DNA of 64,000 bases from a virus (lineage: Duplodnaviria; Caudoviricetes), in the IMG/VR virus record IMGVR_UViG_3300044740_000023, positions 21,806 to 85,805 of that record; one strand, 5' to 3'. The notes under the pieces are model-generated. The model was given only the letters and a program-made list of their open reading frames with translations. It was not told the origin of the DNA and made no database searches. Of this stretch, positions 46,753-55,944 are shown in pieces. A program made the translations under genes and the position numbers. How positions within the stretch are numbered: position 1 is the first letter of the stretch; each line of letters starts with the position of its first letter.

Positions 46753-47691
46753 TTAGGTGAATACGAGGCGACCGAGCCGACCGCGACCGATGCCGTAGAG
46801 GAGCATGCCCGCATCCCGCGCTGTCTCCCAACGCACGTAGAAGCCAGGACGCTGAAGCTGCTGCACCTTCGGCTGGTCGCCGTAGTACGTCAGACGCCCG
46901 CAGTTTTGGCCGATGACCCAAATCTCGTTCACCGGCAGCACGAGGTTGCCAGCGAAGTTCTCGAAGTTCTCGACCTCGACGATGGGGTAGCCCTTGTAGA
47001 GACCCACCTGCCCGGCGTCGAAGATGCGCTCAGCGACGTAGTAGCCGAACTGGACGCCGACGTTGGACAGGATGCGGACTGCGTTGCGCGCGCCGAGCAG
47101 CGTGACTTTGCCTTTCGAGCGCTGCGCCACGAAGTCGATCACCGGGTCGATGTTCGCCGCCGTGAGCGTGGCCGCAGGCGCGGTCGCGTAGGTCGCACCG
47201 GCCTGGATGCCCGCCTGGATGAGTTCCACGAGGCGGAACACCGGAAGCTGACGGAGCTTCTCCTCGGCCTGAGACTGGAGCCGCTGGTAGCTGTTCCAGA
47301 ATTCGAGCGCGATCTCGTCGCGGTGCAGGTCGATGGCAGCGGCCATCTCTTCCCTCGGCATCTGCGTTCTTTCGTAACGCAGCACGTCGGAGAGAATCTG
47401 ACCGCCCTTGCCCTGCCAGTAGGCGTTCAGACCGCGCAGGTCCTCGTCCACCCACTCGACCTCACCGAGTCCGACTTTCGTCACGTCGATGACGCGCGGG
47501 AGGATGTCGTCGGCCATCGTGTCCGACCACGCGATCTCGAACAACTGGAACGCAAGCTCCTCCAGGTCGGACGGGTGGCGCATGAAATGCGCGCCGAGCA
47601 TTTCGTTGCTCTCGCGCATCATCACGTCGCGACGGTCCTCGTCCTCGCAGGCCGCGACCTCTGCCAGTACGCGCTCGACTAGGGCGTCCAT
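46753..47691 (-). CDS. Major capsid protein (HK97-fold predicted)
   Basis: 312 aa after scaffold and decoration genes; SD GAAGGGAG; typical G...G.P..E..N and D.G motifs. Confidence 0.75.
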   Translation of the reverse strand: MDALVERVLAEVAACEDEDRRDVMMRESNEMLGAHFMRHPSDLEELAFQLFEIAWSDTMADDILPRVIDVTKVGLGEVEWVDEDLRGLNAYWQGKGGQILSDVLRYERTQMPREEMAAAIDLHRDEIALEFWNSYQRLQSQAEEKLRQLPVFRLVELIQAGIQAGATYATAPAATLTAANIDPVIDFVAQRSKGKVTLLGARNAVRILSNVGVQFGYYVAERIFDAGQVGLYKGYPIVEVENFENFAGNLVLPVNEIWVIGQNCGRLTYYGDQPKVQQLQRPGFYVRWETARDAGMLLYGIGRGRLGRLVFT

Positions 47692-47721
47692 TTGATCGTC
47701 AACTCCCTTCTCGGCTCGCGC

Positions 47722-48348
47722 CTACTGGTTGCTCCGCAGGAAGCGGACTGTGAGGATGGCTTCGTTTTCCGTCCCGTAGTAACGGGGCGGGGCCTGTACG
47801 ATGAAGATGCCCGTGCCAGCGACGGTGTTTGCGTCACCGACCTTCTGCCACGCGCCTTCACCGGCAGTCTTGAGTGCGGGGCGCGCACCTTTCGGGTTCC
47901 ACCCGATGATGTCGCCCTCTTTGTATCCCGCTTTCGGGACGACGAGCGTGAGGTGAAGGACGCCCGTGTGGACCGTGCGGACCCAATCGCCCGATGCAAT
48001 CGGGAGATTTACGATCTCGTTGGGTCCAAGCGCAGGGTTATACTGCGAGCCGGGGTTCAGGTCCGGCACCATGATCTGTCGCAGCGCGACCGCGAGCGAC
48101 CCCTGGTAGACGTGCGTGGCGTCCGAGTTCGCTTCGGCGGTCGCGATCTCCACCGTGTCGCCTTCGGCCACGACTGCGACCGAGCCGACCGAGCCGACGA
48201 GCGTCGGCTTGACGAGCGAGCCGGGAACGATCACGCCCGAGGCGCGCTTGTTCGACCAGACCTCACCCGGCGAGGCGACATCGGCGTTCGGGAGCTTGCC
48301 GGTTCCGGTAAGCGGGTATGCGCCGACTTGAGTTAGGGCTGAAGGCAT
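47722..48348 (-). CDS. Capsid decoration / auxiliary head protein
   Basis: Beta-rich 208-aa ORF between scaffold and capsid; SD AGAGGAG. Confidence 0.55.
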   Translation of the reverse strand: MPSALTQVGAYPLTGTGKLPNADVASPGEVWSNKRASGVIVPGSLVKPTLVGSVGSVAVVAEGDTVEIATAEANSDATHVYQGSLAVALRQIMVPDLNPGSQYNPALGPNEIVNLPIASGDWVRTVHTGVLHLTLVVPKAGYKEGDIIGWNPKGARPALKTAGEGAWQKVGDANTVAGTGIFIVQAPPRYYGTENEAILTVRFLRSNQ

Positions 48349-48387
48349 GTTGGATCAGGCTCCTCTCGTTGTCCGTGGGCCTCTGCC

Positions 48388-49701
48388 CTACTTGGTGGCC
48401 TCGGCCTTTGGCCGCTGCGGTTTCAGCGCCCGCGCGAGCGAGCGGGCGGCGTTGCTGCCGTTGCCGTTCGCCGTTGCCGGTGCCGTGACACCCCGCTGGT
48501 TGAAGCTCGCAAGCTCCTCCGGGGTGAAGCTCTCTCCGAATGACGAGGCGGTCTCGCTGCCCTCGCCGCCGCCGCCGTTCTCGTTCCCGCTCGCGGCACC
48601 TGCGGCCTCGTCACGCTTGGTTTTGGTCAACTCCTCGACCTCGGCCAGTCGGGAGTTCCAGTCCTCGTCGGACAGCGTGCCCGCCTGCTCCTGAAGGTTG
48701 GCCTTCGTGACCTCCCCGAGCTTGGCGACGAAGCCCGCGCCGAGCGCTGAGAAGCGCTTGTCGCGAAGGGCGGTCGTCTGCGCGCTCGACTTCAACTCGT
48801 CGCGCTCTTTCTCGGCAGCCTCGCGCGCCGTCTTTTCGGCGGCAGCCTCGCCCTCGGCCTTCTCGACCTTGGCGGTCAGGTCGCGGACCTCTGACGCCTT
48901 CTCGTCGGCGTCTTTGCGCGCGTCGTTGCGCTCCTGACGGAGAGTTGCAAGCTCTGACTCCTCGATCTGTACCAGACCCATTTTCGGTGGCTCCTCTCGG
49001 GGCTTGTAATTCCCGTCGATATGCGCTCGTTCGTGGAACTCTGCGATCTCGTCTTGAAAGTGATCGAGGTGCGCCTCTGTGTAAGCGCCCCTCCCACCCC
49101 GCGAGCCGAAGATCAACCCGGTTCCGGTGAAGCAGACATCGCCTAATATACGCGCGACGTGTCTGTCTCGTAGGTGCTCACACCAATTCGCCTGCTCCCT
49201 ACCTTCCGACAGCTTCACGTAGGACTGTCCGCACTCTGAGCAGGAGTACCAGGGAGCTTTGCACTCCATGCTCTGCATCATCGTGCCAGCCTTGATGTTG
49301 GCCTCGGCCTCCTCCCACACCGGGCCGAATCGGTGACGCCAGATCGCGAGGATTGTCTCCAAGCGTGAGCGATCTGCCTCGATCAGCTTGCAGTCGGCAA
49401 TCGTCCCGACAGCCGTGCGCGGATCGTGCATAACTGTCACGGGCATCAGCATCGGTGTCAGCGCCTTCAGCGCGATCTCCTCGCTGAGCCACATGTGGCC
49501 GTTGAGGTTGGCCTTGCCGCTCTCGACGTACCGGCCCTGAAGCCAGCCGATGTGCTCGTTCGGAGCCATGCTCTTGACAGTCGAGGCGAAGGCGAACTCC
49601 TCGACCTGCTGCGCCGAGGGCGTCAAGAGCGTGATCGGCGTCGTGATGTAGAGCCGGTCGCCCCGCTCGAACACATGCGCGCGTGAGAGCAGGTCGGTCA
49701 C
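48388..49701 (-). CDS. Prohead protease / scaffold fusion
   Basis: N-terminal NLNG...P....H..SME...FTGTG domain; C-terminal coiled coil and low-complexity tail. Confidence 0.7.
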   Translation of the reverse strand: MTDLLSRAHVFERGDRLYITTPITLLTPSAQQVEEFAFASTVKSMAPNEHIGWLQGRYVESGKANLNGHMWLSEEIALKALTPMLMPVTVMHDPRTAVGTIADCKLIEADRSRLETILAIWRHRFGPVWEEAEANIKAGTMMQSMECKAPWYSCSECGQSYVKLSEGREQANWCEHLRDRHVARILGDVCFTGTGLIFGSRGGRGAYTEAHLDHFQDEIAEFHERAHIDGNYKPREEPPKMGLVQIEESELATLRQERNDARKDADEKASEVRDLTAKVEKAEGEAAAEKTAREAAEKERDELKSSAQTTALRDKRFSALGAGFVAKLGEVTKANLQEQAGTLSDEDWNSRLAEVEELTKTKRDEAAGAASGNENGGGGEGSETASSFGESFTPEELASFNQRGVTAPATANGNGSNAARSLARALKPQRPKAEATK

Positions 49702-50018
49702 TTGCCACCCATGTTGTGCTTAACGCCGAGTTCGCGCGCGCGCTTCTTGATGAGCGCGGTCGCGGCGCTCACGTTGCCGTGGCCGGACTTGGCGAGCGTT
49801 TCGGCGTTGCGCAGGTCGCCCTCGTTCTCGATGGGGTAGGACCCGTCAGCGAGCGCCTTGCCTTCTTTCGCAAGCTGTTTGCGCTTGGCGTCGGGGATGT
49901 TGCGCGCCCACTCTTCCGCCGCGCGCACTTCCGCGAAGCGATCTGCCATCTCCCCGAGGCGCTGCGCGACGTACTGGTCGCGGTAGGCGTACACGACGCC
50001 TAATATACGCGGACTCAA
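49698..50018 (-). CDS. DUF6582-like small head-region protein (alternative start 49949)
   Basis: RKQLAKEGKALADGSYPIENEGDLRNA...IKKRARELG motif. Confidence 0.6.
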   Translation of the reverse strand: MSPRILGVVYAYRDQYVAQRLGEMADRFAEVRAAEEWARNIPDAKRKQLAKEGKALADGSYPIENEGDLRNAETLAKSGHGNVSAATALIKKRARELGVKHNMGGK

Positions 50019-52105
50019 GTCGCGTTGTCAGGGGCGGGGTCCTCGATCAGCGGCTCGCTGACGAAGCCCCACCGCAGCACCATGTCGTTCGCGCGATTCA
50101 AGTCGTACTGCGGTTCGGAGAAGCGCAGCGCCTTGGCGACGATGGCCTCATCCCCGAGTCGCGTACCGACAACCATGCGCAGGCCGTCGTCCAGCTTGAC
50201 CATGTGCAGCGCCGACACGTTGACGCCGACGTTGACCGGCACGATGATCGAGCGCCCGTTGCGCAGCGGTGCGCCGCCCTCGATGGCCTCGCGCTCGATC
50301 TCGGTGACGTAGCCGAGCGCGGCCTCGCCCTCGATCTCCGCGAGGATCGCGTAGGTGGTCTCACCGAAGTAGCTCACGTCGTCGCCCTCGACGATGGCCT
50401 TGACGGTCTCGCCCGAGTTGCGCTGGATCACGCGGCGCGGGCGGAAGTTGTCGCGGCCCTGGCCGGGGCTGTCCTTGCCGCGCCCGTTGTTCGAGGACGT
50501 GCCTTTCGGACGGCCTTCGTTGTTGTCCTGCGGTTCGCCGTCGTTGGAGAACGGGACGCTCGCGGGCATCAGGATGTCGTCGTCGCCGCGCGCAAGCTCG
50601 CGCTCGCGCTCCGCAAGCGCCGCGTCGTAGTCGTAGCCGAGCGCCTCGACCAGCCAGCGCCGGGGCACGTCGCCTCGGTCGCGGGCGTTGAGCAGGTTCG
50701 ACCAGAAGTCCTTGGCACCCGCGAGGACGATCTTCGCGCCCCATATCGACGGCGCGCCCTCGGTGAAGGTCGAGCGGTTGCGGTTCGCCGTTTCGTCGTA
50801 GAACGTCGCCTGCGCGTGGCGGATCATCTTCGCGCGGTCGCCGCCGACCACGCGCGCGAGCAGTTCCATCTCGTTGAGCGCGCCCTGGTTGCCCGCGTCG
50901 CTCGTGACCTGCTCGTTCTGTCGGAGCAGGCCCATGCTGATCTTGCGCCCGACCATCCGGCGCTTCGCCGGGTCGAGCATGTTGGTCAGGTCCGGCGAGA
51001 TGATTTCGATGGTCAGCCGGTGATCCCCGACCATGACGCCCGAGCGCGAGGCGTGCGTGACCTGTCCGACGAGGTTGTCGATCTCGGGCTGCTGCGCCGG
51101 GAGGTTGTCCGTGCCCTTCTTGGCGACGACGATGTAGCTCGCGCCGCCTTGCAGGAAGGCGTAGTCGAGCAGGTTGAGCAGGCGCTTGGCCTCAAGCAGC
51201 GCGAAGTTGCGCGTCAGCGGCGGGCGCGCGTAGGGCTGCGCGCCCTTGGGCATCGAGGAACGGTGGACCATGCGCTTGTTGAGCAGGTAGACCGTTTTGC
51301 CGCGCGTGTTGGGATCGCTGTCGGTGTACGGGATTTCCTTGCGCCCGACGAACAGCGCGGCCATGACCGGCTCTTCCATCGCCATGATCGCGCGCGTGCG
51401 CCCCGGCGTCTTGGGCGAGAGGAATGCGTCGAGCCAGCGTTTGATGTTGATGTCGTCGCTGTGAAAGGCGAGTTCGCCCTCGTTCAAGATGTCGTTGGTG
51501 ATGACGCGGATGTTCTCGGCGGGGAGCACGCCGACGTGCGGCACCTGTAGCTGAGCCTGCACCGGCTCCTTGCTCTTCAGCGGGAAATACTGCATCCGCT
51601 GCCGCGTGAAGAGCGTGATCGTCGTGACGCTGCCCGCGATCAGGAACTCGCGGTACATCTCTTCCATCACCGACACGAGGTCCATCGCGGTCGGCGCGGT
51701 CATCTGGTTGAAGAACTCCAGCGTCTTTTCGTCGCGGTGCTGGTTCTGGAGACCTTCCCCGAACGCGACGGCGTTGCAGAGACCGAGCGTCCCGGCCACG
51801 TCGTCGTCGGTGTCCGCGAGCGCGCGCGCAAGCTCGATCTCTTGGATCACGTTGCCCGGCGTTTTGAACGGCTGCCGCGCGAGCATCGAGGTCTGCACGT
51901 TCGAGTACATCTGGAACGTGTTGGGACGCGCCAACTGGAGTCCCGCGTACTCGACCCACTTGTCCTCGATCACCTGTCGCACCTCGCTGTCAGACAGGTC
52001 GGTGCGGTTGTCGATGATCGCGGACACCGGCTGCGAGCCGGGACCGAGGTACTGCGCGCGCTGAGGCGGCTGCGCGACGGGCGGAAAGATCGGCTCCTCG
52101 CTCAT
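50015..52105 (-). CDS. Portal protein
   Basis: 696 aa between terminase and protease; helical clip/stem pattern. Confidence 0.75.
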   Translation of the reverse strand: MSEEPIFPPVAQPPQRAQYLGPGSQPVSAIIDNRTDLSDSEVRQVIEDKWVEYAGLQLARPNTFQMYSNVQTSMLARQPFKTPGNVIQEIELARALADTDDDVAGTLGLCNAVAFGEGLQNQHRDEKTLEFFNQMTAPTAMDLVSVMEEMYREFLIAGSVTTITLFTRQRMQYFPLKSKEPVQAQLQVPHVGVLPAENIRVITNDILNEGELAFHSDDINIKRWLDAFLSPKTPGRTRAIMAMEEPVMAALFVGRKEIPYTDSDPNTRGKTVYLLNKRMVHRSSMPKGAQPYARPPLTRNFALLEAKRLLNLLDYAFLQGGASYIVVAKKGTDNLPAQQPEIDNLVGQVTHASRSGVMVGDHRLTIEIISPDLTNMLDPAKRRMVGRKISMGLLRQNEQVTSDAGNQGALNEMELLARVVGGDRAKMIRHAQATFYDETANRNRSTFTEGAPSIWGAKIVLAGAKDFWSNLLNARDRGDVPRRWLVEALGYDYDAALAERERELARGDDDILMPASVPFSNDGEPQDNNEGRPKGTSSNNGRGKDSPGQGRDNFRPRRVIQRNSGETVKAIVEGDDVSYFGETTYAILAEIEGEAALGYVTEIEREAIEGGAPLRNGRSIIVPVNVGVNVSALHMVKLDDGLRMVVGTRLGDEAIVAKALRFSEPQYDLNRANDMVLRWGFVSEPLIEDPAPDNAT

Positions 52106-52166
52106 CCTCGCCTAATATACGCTGACGCCAGGACTAAAATTGCGCTAAAGCGGGTAGAAACTCGGC

Positions 52167-52334
52167 ATGGCACTCGCAATAGCAGTCCTCATAGTCGGAA
52201 TCTGGATGATCTGGTCCTCGCAGGAAGCCGTTTCATCCGGTGTGCAGTTGGTACTCGGCCTCGCGGTCGGCATCCTCGCGCTCGCGGAGATGTGGCCGTG
52301 GATTCAGGCACGGACGCGGCGGGGTGCCCCGTGA
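52167..52334 (+). CDS. Small two-TM membrane protein (55 aa), counter-oriented
   Basis: MALAIAVLIVGIWMIWSS...LVLGLAVGILALAEMWPW; GTGA coupling to the next gene. Confidence 0.55.
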   Translation: MALAIAVLIVGIWMIWSSQEAVSSGVQLVLGLAVGILALAEMWPWIQARTRRGAP

Positions 52335-52468
52335 TCGCGATACTTGCACTCATCGTGCTGCTCGCGCTGCTTGGCGGCGGCTTCGCGGTCCACTTCCTGT
52401 GGTTCATCCTGGTGGCACTCGTCGTCATCGCCCTCCTCGCGGCGCTGACAGGCCGCACGCTCTGGTAG
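52331..52468 (+). CDS. Small hydrophobic membrane protein (45 aa), counter-oriented
   Basis: MIAILALIVLLALLGGGFAVHFLWFILVALVVIALLAALTGRTLW. Confidence 0.6.
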   Translation: MIAILALIVLLALLGGGFAVHFLWFILVALVVIALLAALTGRTLW

Positions 52469-52882
52469 CTACGAGCCTGAGAGCATCGAGTACGCGCGCG
52501 AGCAAATGCGCTCGTCGCGCTCAAGGCGAGCGATCTGGTCGTCGATGCTCTCGGCCAGTCGCTTCGCCTCGCGCCCGGCGTCGTACTGCGCCGGGGCGAC
52601 CTTGATCTTCGCGCGCTGGATGTCCGCCGCCGTCCATCGCGCGCGCGGCTTGCCAGCCATCGCGATCTCCCATCCGGCGAGCTTCTCCCATGAGTCCGCG
52701 AGGCTCGCACGCAGCATCCGCAGCCAATGGCGCGCCTCCACGAGCTTGCCGTTCACGACGGCGCTCGCGAGCATGTGATCTTCCAGTAGCTCCACGCGCG
52801 CGCGCCCGCGCGTGTCGGCGGTCACGGGGAAGCGCAGCGCGAGCGCCTCGTCGAGCACGGCCCTGATGTCCTCCAGCGTCAC
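52469..52882 (-). CDS. Hypothetical helical protein
   Basis: GTG start coupled to the upstream micro-ORF. Confidence 0.5.
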   Translation of the reverse strand: MTLEDIRAVLDEALALRFPVTADTRGRARVELLEDHMLASAVVNGKLVEARHWLRMLRASLADSWEKLAGWEIAMAGKPRARWTAADIQRAKIKVAPAQYDAGREAKRLAESIDDQIARLERDERICSRAYSMLSGS

Positions 52883-52941
52883 CCGCTCATCCCGAGGATC
52901 AGCACGAAGAACAGCAAGCCCGCGACGACGTGGGCGATCAC
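52879..52941 (-). CDS. 20-aa hydrophobic micropeptide
   Basis: MIAHVVAGLLFFVLILGMSG; GTGA overlaps with both neighbours. Confidence 0.4.
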   Translation of the reverse strand: MIAHVVAGLLFFVLILGMSG

Positions 52942-54716
52942 ACCGGCAGCGCAGCGGGGTCGATGTGCATGCCGCCGCCGACACCCGGCGTCAGGTCCAC
53001 GGCGCGCTCCATGACCGGGTTGTGGTCCTGCACGATGGCGTCCTCGACTTCCTCGGACTTCGCGGCCATCGCCATCGCGCGCATCGAGTCGAGCATGTGG
53101 AAGGCGGACGGCTTCTTGCGGATGTGCGGCGATCCCATCGCGCGCACGCGCTGCTCTGTCTCGCCCTGCATGTCCTTCACGAGTCCCTGGTGAAACGGCA
53201 GCATGAGGTACGTCGAGTCAACCCAATTCCGCAGGTAGCGCGTGCTCGCTTCGATCATCGTCATCTCGGCCACGTAACGGATGCCGCCCGTCCACTTGTC
53301 ACGTTCCTCGCGCACGATGTTGCCGTACTGGTCGAACATCTTGTCGCCCTGCCTGCTCACGTAGCTCTCGTCCACGGCGACCGGCACCTTCGCGTTGAAG
53401 GTGTAACCGCGCATCACCTGTCGAAAGTGGTCCGGGCACACCTCGTCATCTTCCATCCCCTGAAGGATCGGCAGGCCGAGGCCGGTGATGTCCATGCCGA
53501 ACGTCTTGAGATGCGCGCCGTACTTCATGTCGATCCGGTAGCACACTTCGCGAATCTGTCGCTCGCGGAAGCGCCAGAGGTGCAGCATGCGGATCATCTT
53601 CAGCCGGTTGCGCTTCTCCTTGTCCTTCCCGACCGTGAACAACGTGATTACAGTCGGGTCGTTCACGAGGCCGATGTCCATGCCGCAGTAGACATCGCCG
53701 GGGAGATCGGGCAGGTCGAGCACGGCAGCGATGTCGCCCTCGGGACCGATGGTCTTGTCCACGTCCTCGACCATCAACTGCTGCTCCATGAACTCGACCG
53801 TGTTGTAGTGACTCTCGGCGTCCTGGTCGAGACAGGCCATCAGGCGGGCGGTAACGAAGAACTGCGAGAGCGCCGTGCCCGGCTCGCCAAGCACGTTGCG
53901 CCGGTAGTCGGGCGAGTGAACGCCGCCGTACATCGCGGCAGCGGCCTGCTTCTCGGCTTTGTTCCAGCCGGGGCGCATGATCGCGGTGATCTGCGTCACC
54001 TTGAACTCGCCTGACTCCGCGAGTCGTTCAAAGCGCCCGCCAGCCGCGCCCGAGTGGACACCGTACAGGTGGTAGGTGAAGTCGGGATTACCGTCGCGGT
54101 CGAAGCGATCCTTTTCGACGGTCTCGTGAACCTCGGTGAAGCCCTTGGGCGGGTAGTCCTGCGCCTCGTCGATCATCAGGTCTTGCTCGTGTGAACCCTT
54201 CACGCCGAGACCGGAGAGCTTCGGGATGCGCCCGAGAATGCGCGTGCCGTCCGCAAAGTCCACCTGGAACGGCTTGTGGGTGAACCCCGTCTTTTGCTGG
54301 TCCTGCTTGAGAAATTCGCGCGTGAGCCGAGTGCCGACGATGCGTTGCTCGATCTGCTGCGTGACACCCTCCAAGTGAATCAACTCGGGTGCCGTGACGA
54401 GCATGTCCATGCCCATGCGCCGGAAGGCGTGGCTGACCGCGCGCGCGCGGATGGATTCGGTCTTGCCGACAGCGCGTGCGCACGGGAATGCGGCGTAGCC
54501 GACAGGCGGGCGGAAGAGAGGGTATTGGTAATCTCTTACCCGATACGCGCCCGCATAGTCGTGGTTGGTGGGGTCCTCGAAGAGCAACTCCGCGCAGAAG
54601 ATCGGGTCGGCCAGCATCGCGAGGAGCAGGAAGTCATCGCTGTCCAGTCTCCATGTGCCTTCTATTACGTCGAACTTCTTGAGACCAGTAATGATCCCCA
54701 ATTCAGACTCGGCCAT
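52938..54716 (-). CDS. terL: Terminase large subunit
   Basis: Walker A ARAVGKT, Walker B LMIDEAQ, nuclease GMDIGLVND and HMLDSMR; SD AAGGAG. Confidence 0.92.
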   Translation of the reverse strand: MAESELGIITGLKKFDVIEGTWRLDSDDFLLLAMLADPIFCAELLFEDPTNHDYAGAYRVRDYQYPLFRPPVGYAAFPCARAVGKTESIRARAVSHAFRRMGMDMLVTAPELIHLEGVTQQIEQRIVGTRLTREFLKQDQQKTGFTHKPFQVDFADGTRILGRIPKLSGLGVKGSHEQDLMIDEAQDYPPKGFTEVHETVEKDRFDRDGNPDFTYHLYGVHSGAAGGRFERLAESGEFKVTQITAIMRPGWNKAEKQAAAAMYGGVHSPDYRRNVLGEPGTALSQFFVTARLMACLDQDAESHYNTVEFMEQQLMVEDVDKTIGPEGDIAAVLDLPDLPGDVYCGMDIGLVNDPTVITLFTVGKDKEKRNRLKMIRMLHLWRFRERQIREVCYRIDMKYGAHLKTFGMDITGLGLPILQGMEDDEVCPDHFRQVMRGYTFNAKVPVAVDESYVSRQGDKMFDQYGNIVREERDKWTGGIRYVAEMTMIEASTRYLRNWVDSTYLMLPFHQGLVKDMQGETEQRVRAMGSPHIRKKPSAFHMLDSMRAMAMAAKSEEVEDAIVQDHNPVMERAVDLTPGVGGGMHIDPAALPV

Positions 54717-55134
54717 GCCATCTCCTTAGTGACGCACGGCGACGATTCTCGGCTGGTGTCACGCACTCCAGATGCGTAACCTCGACGCACATCCGCTCAA
54801 AGCAGAGATGGTCGATCTCGTGACCGGGCGGCACCGGACCATGTAGTCGTTCCCAAGCGACTACATGCGCTTTCCGCTGACCGTTCGGCGTTTGCGTGCG
54901 ACCATACCCCTTGTCATCTGGCTTACCCTGCCAGATGAGACAGGGCGTCGCATAGCCACGCTGCTCCCGAATAGGGGCTGGCACCCGCTGTCGTCCTCGT
55001 CGCTCCGGTTCACCCACCGAGACACCGCGACGAATGTACCCACTACGTTTGCGACAACTCTCGCTGCACCACTTGCGCGGCGGTCCCGTTCGCGCACGCG
55101 GCAAGGTCGCATTGCATCCGTGGCATTCAGCCAT
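54703..55134 (-). CDS. HNH endonuclease with N-terminal zinc finger
   Basis: CHGC...WCSESC; CLIWQG...GYG...AH..AW...IDHLC...C.EVTHLECVT.AEN. Confidence 0.88.
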   Translation of the reverse strand: MAECHGCNATLPRARTGPPRKWCSESCRKRSGYIRRGVSVGEPERRGRQRVPAPIREQRGYATPCLIWQGKPDDKGYGRTQTPNGQRKAHVVAWERLHGPVPPGHEIDHLCFERMCVEVTHLECVTPAENRRRASLRRWHGRV

Positions 55135-55288
55135 CGAGGAGATACCACCTCCCATCCGCTTCCTTCTTCCACGTCCGGTCGCGCCAATGCGCGAGCACGA
55201 CCTTCGGGCCAAGCTCGCCCACGCGCAGCTTCATTTCCTCGCCGGACAGCGACTCGGGCAGATCATCCTGCAAATCCGCGTCAGTCAT
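55127..55288 (-). CDS. Small hypothetical protein
   Basis: Fills the gap in the operon. Confidence 0.4.
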   Translation of the reverse strand: MTDADLQDDLPESLSGEEMKLRVGELGPKVVLAHWRDRTWKKEADGRWYLLDG

Positions 55289-55766
55289 GCCGTGACTGTA
55301 GTCGTGCCATAGCCTGATCGACGACCTCCTGAAAGCCGCCATGCGAGCCGCCGCCGAGCATGTCGCGCAACTGCTCCAGCGCGCGCACCATCTCGGGATC
55401 GGAGTGCGTGATCGGCCCGCCGATTTCGACGGCGCGCCGCAGGTACTCAGCGCCCTTCTCGGGCGAGAGCAGCCCGCCCTCGGGCACGCAGCCGTGCTCG
55501 CACTCGAAGCCTTCGACCAGTCCGTACAGGCGGCAGAGCATCGGTCGCACCGAGTACACCGAGCAGCGGTTGTTGACGAGCATGTTGCAGGTGATCCCGT
55601 TGCAGCCGAGCGTGTGGCCGCTCGCCTCCTCCACACGCAGGCGCTCGCGCACGGACATCCCTATCGGGCCGCACGAGTCGAAGCACAGCCCCTTGCACGG
55701 CGAAGGCGGTAGCTCCGCGTACAGCGCATCGAGAGCAGCGTCAACTCTGCGTGGGTTGCGTGCCAT
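55281..55766 (-). CDS. YkgJ-family cysteine-cluster (Fe-S/Zn) protein
   Basis: CKGLCFDSCG...C.ML..NRCSVYSVRPMLCRLYG. Confidence 0.75.
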   Translation of the reverse strand: MARNPRRVDAALDALYAELPPSPCKGLCFDSCGPIGMSVRERLRVEEASGHTLGCNGITCNMLVNNRCSVYSVRPMLCRLYGLVEGFECEHGCVPEGGLLSPEKGAEYLRRAVEIGGPITHSDPEMVRALEQLRDMLGGGSHGGFQEVVDQAMARLQSRHD

Positions 55767-55944
55767 TCTTGATCTCCGCGTTGCACTTTACGCATCGCTC
55801 GCCGTCCGGTATGTCTCCGTCACGCAACTCGTCCACGTATGGCGCGGCGATCTCCAGGTCGATGCAGTTGGGGCAGATGTAGAGCGTGCCCATGTATCCG
55901 ATCACGGCGCGCTTACGCCGCTTGATGAGCAGCGGGTCATCCAT
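55741..55944 (-). CDS. Small zinc-ribbon protein
   Basis: CPNC...CVKC. Confidence 0.5.
   Translation of the reverse strand: MDDPLLIKRRKRAVIGYMGTLYICPNCIDLEIAAPYVDELRDGDIPDGERCVKCNAEIKNGTQPTQS

Larger units (their letters stand above)
38732..52122 (-). promoter_or_regulatory. Four identical GCGTATATTAGGC elements (38732-38744, 49141-49153, 49998-50010, 52110-52122), putative late promoters
   Basis: Exact 13-mer, same strand, AT-rich TATATT core, all upstream of abundant structural genes. Confidence 0.7.

Noticed and set aside
50204-54014. Long + strand ORFs 50204-51550 and 52812-54014 (also 42315-43607, 35001-36329, 16916-17992)
   Set aside because: Antisense shadows of well-supported - strand genes, expected with high GC3; no recognisable motifs
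13555-54716. Inteins or introns in DnaB or TerL
   Set aside because: Both have normal lengths with contiguous motifs; no C...HN intein ends seen
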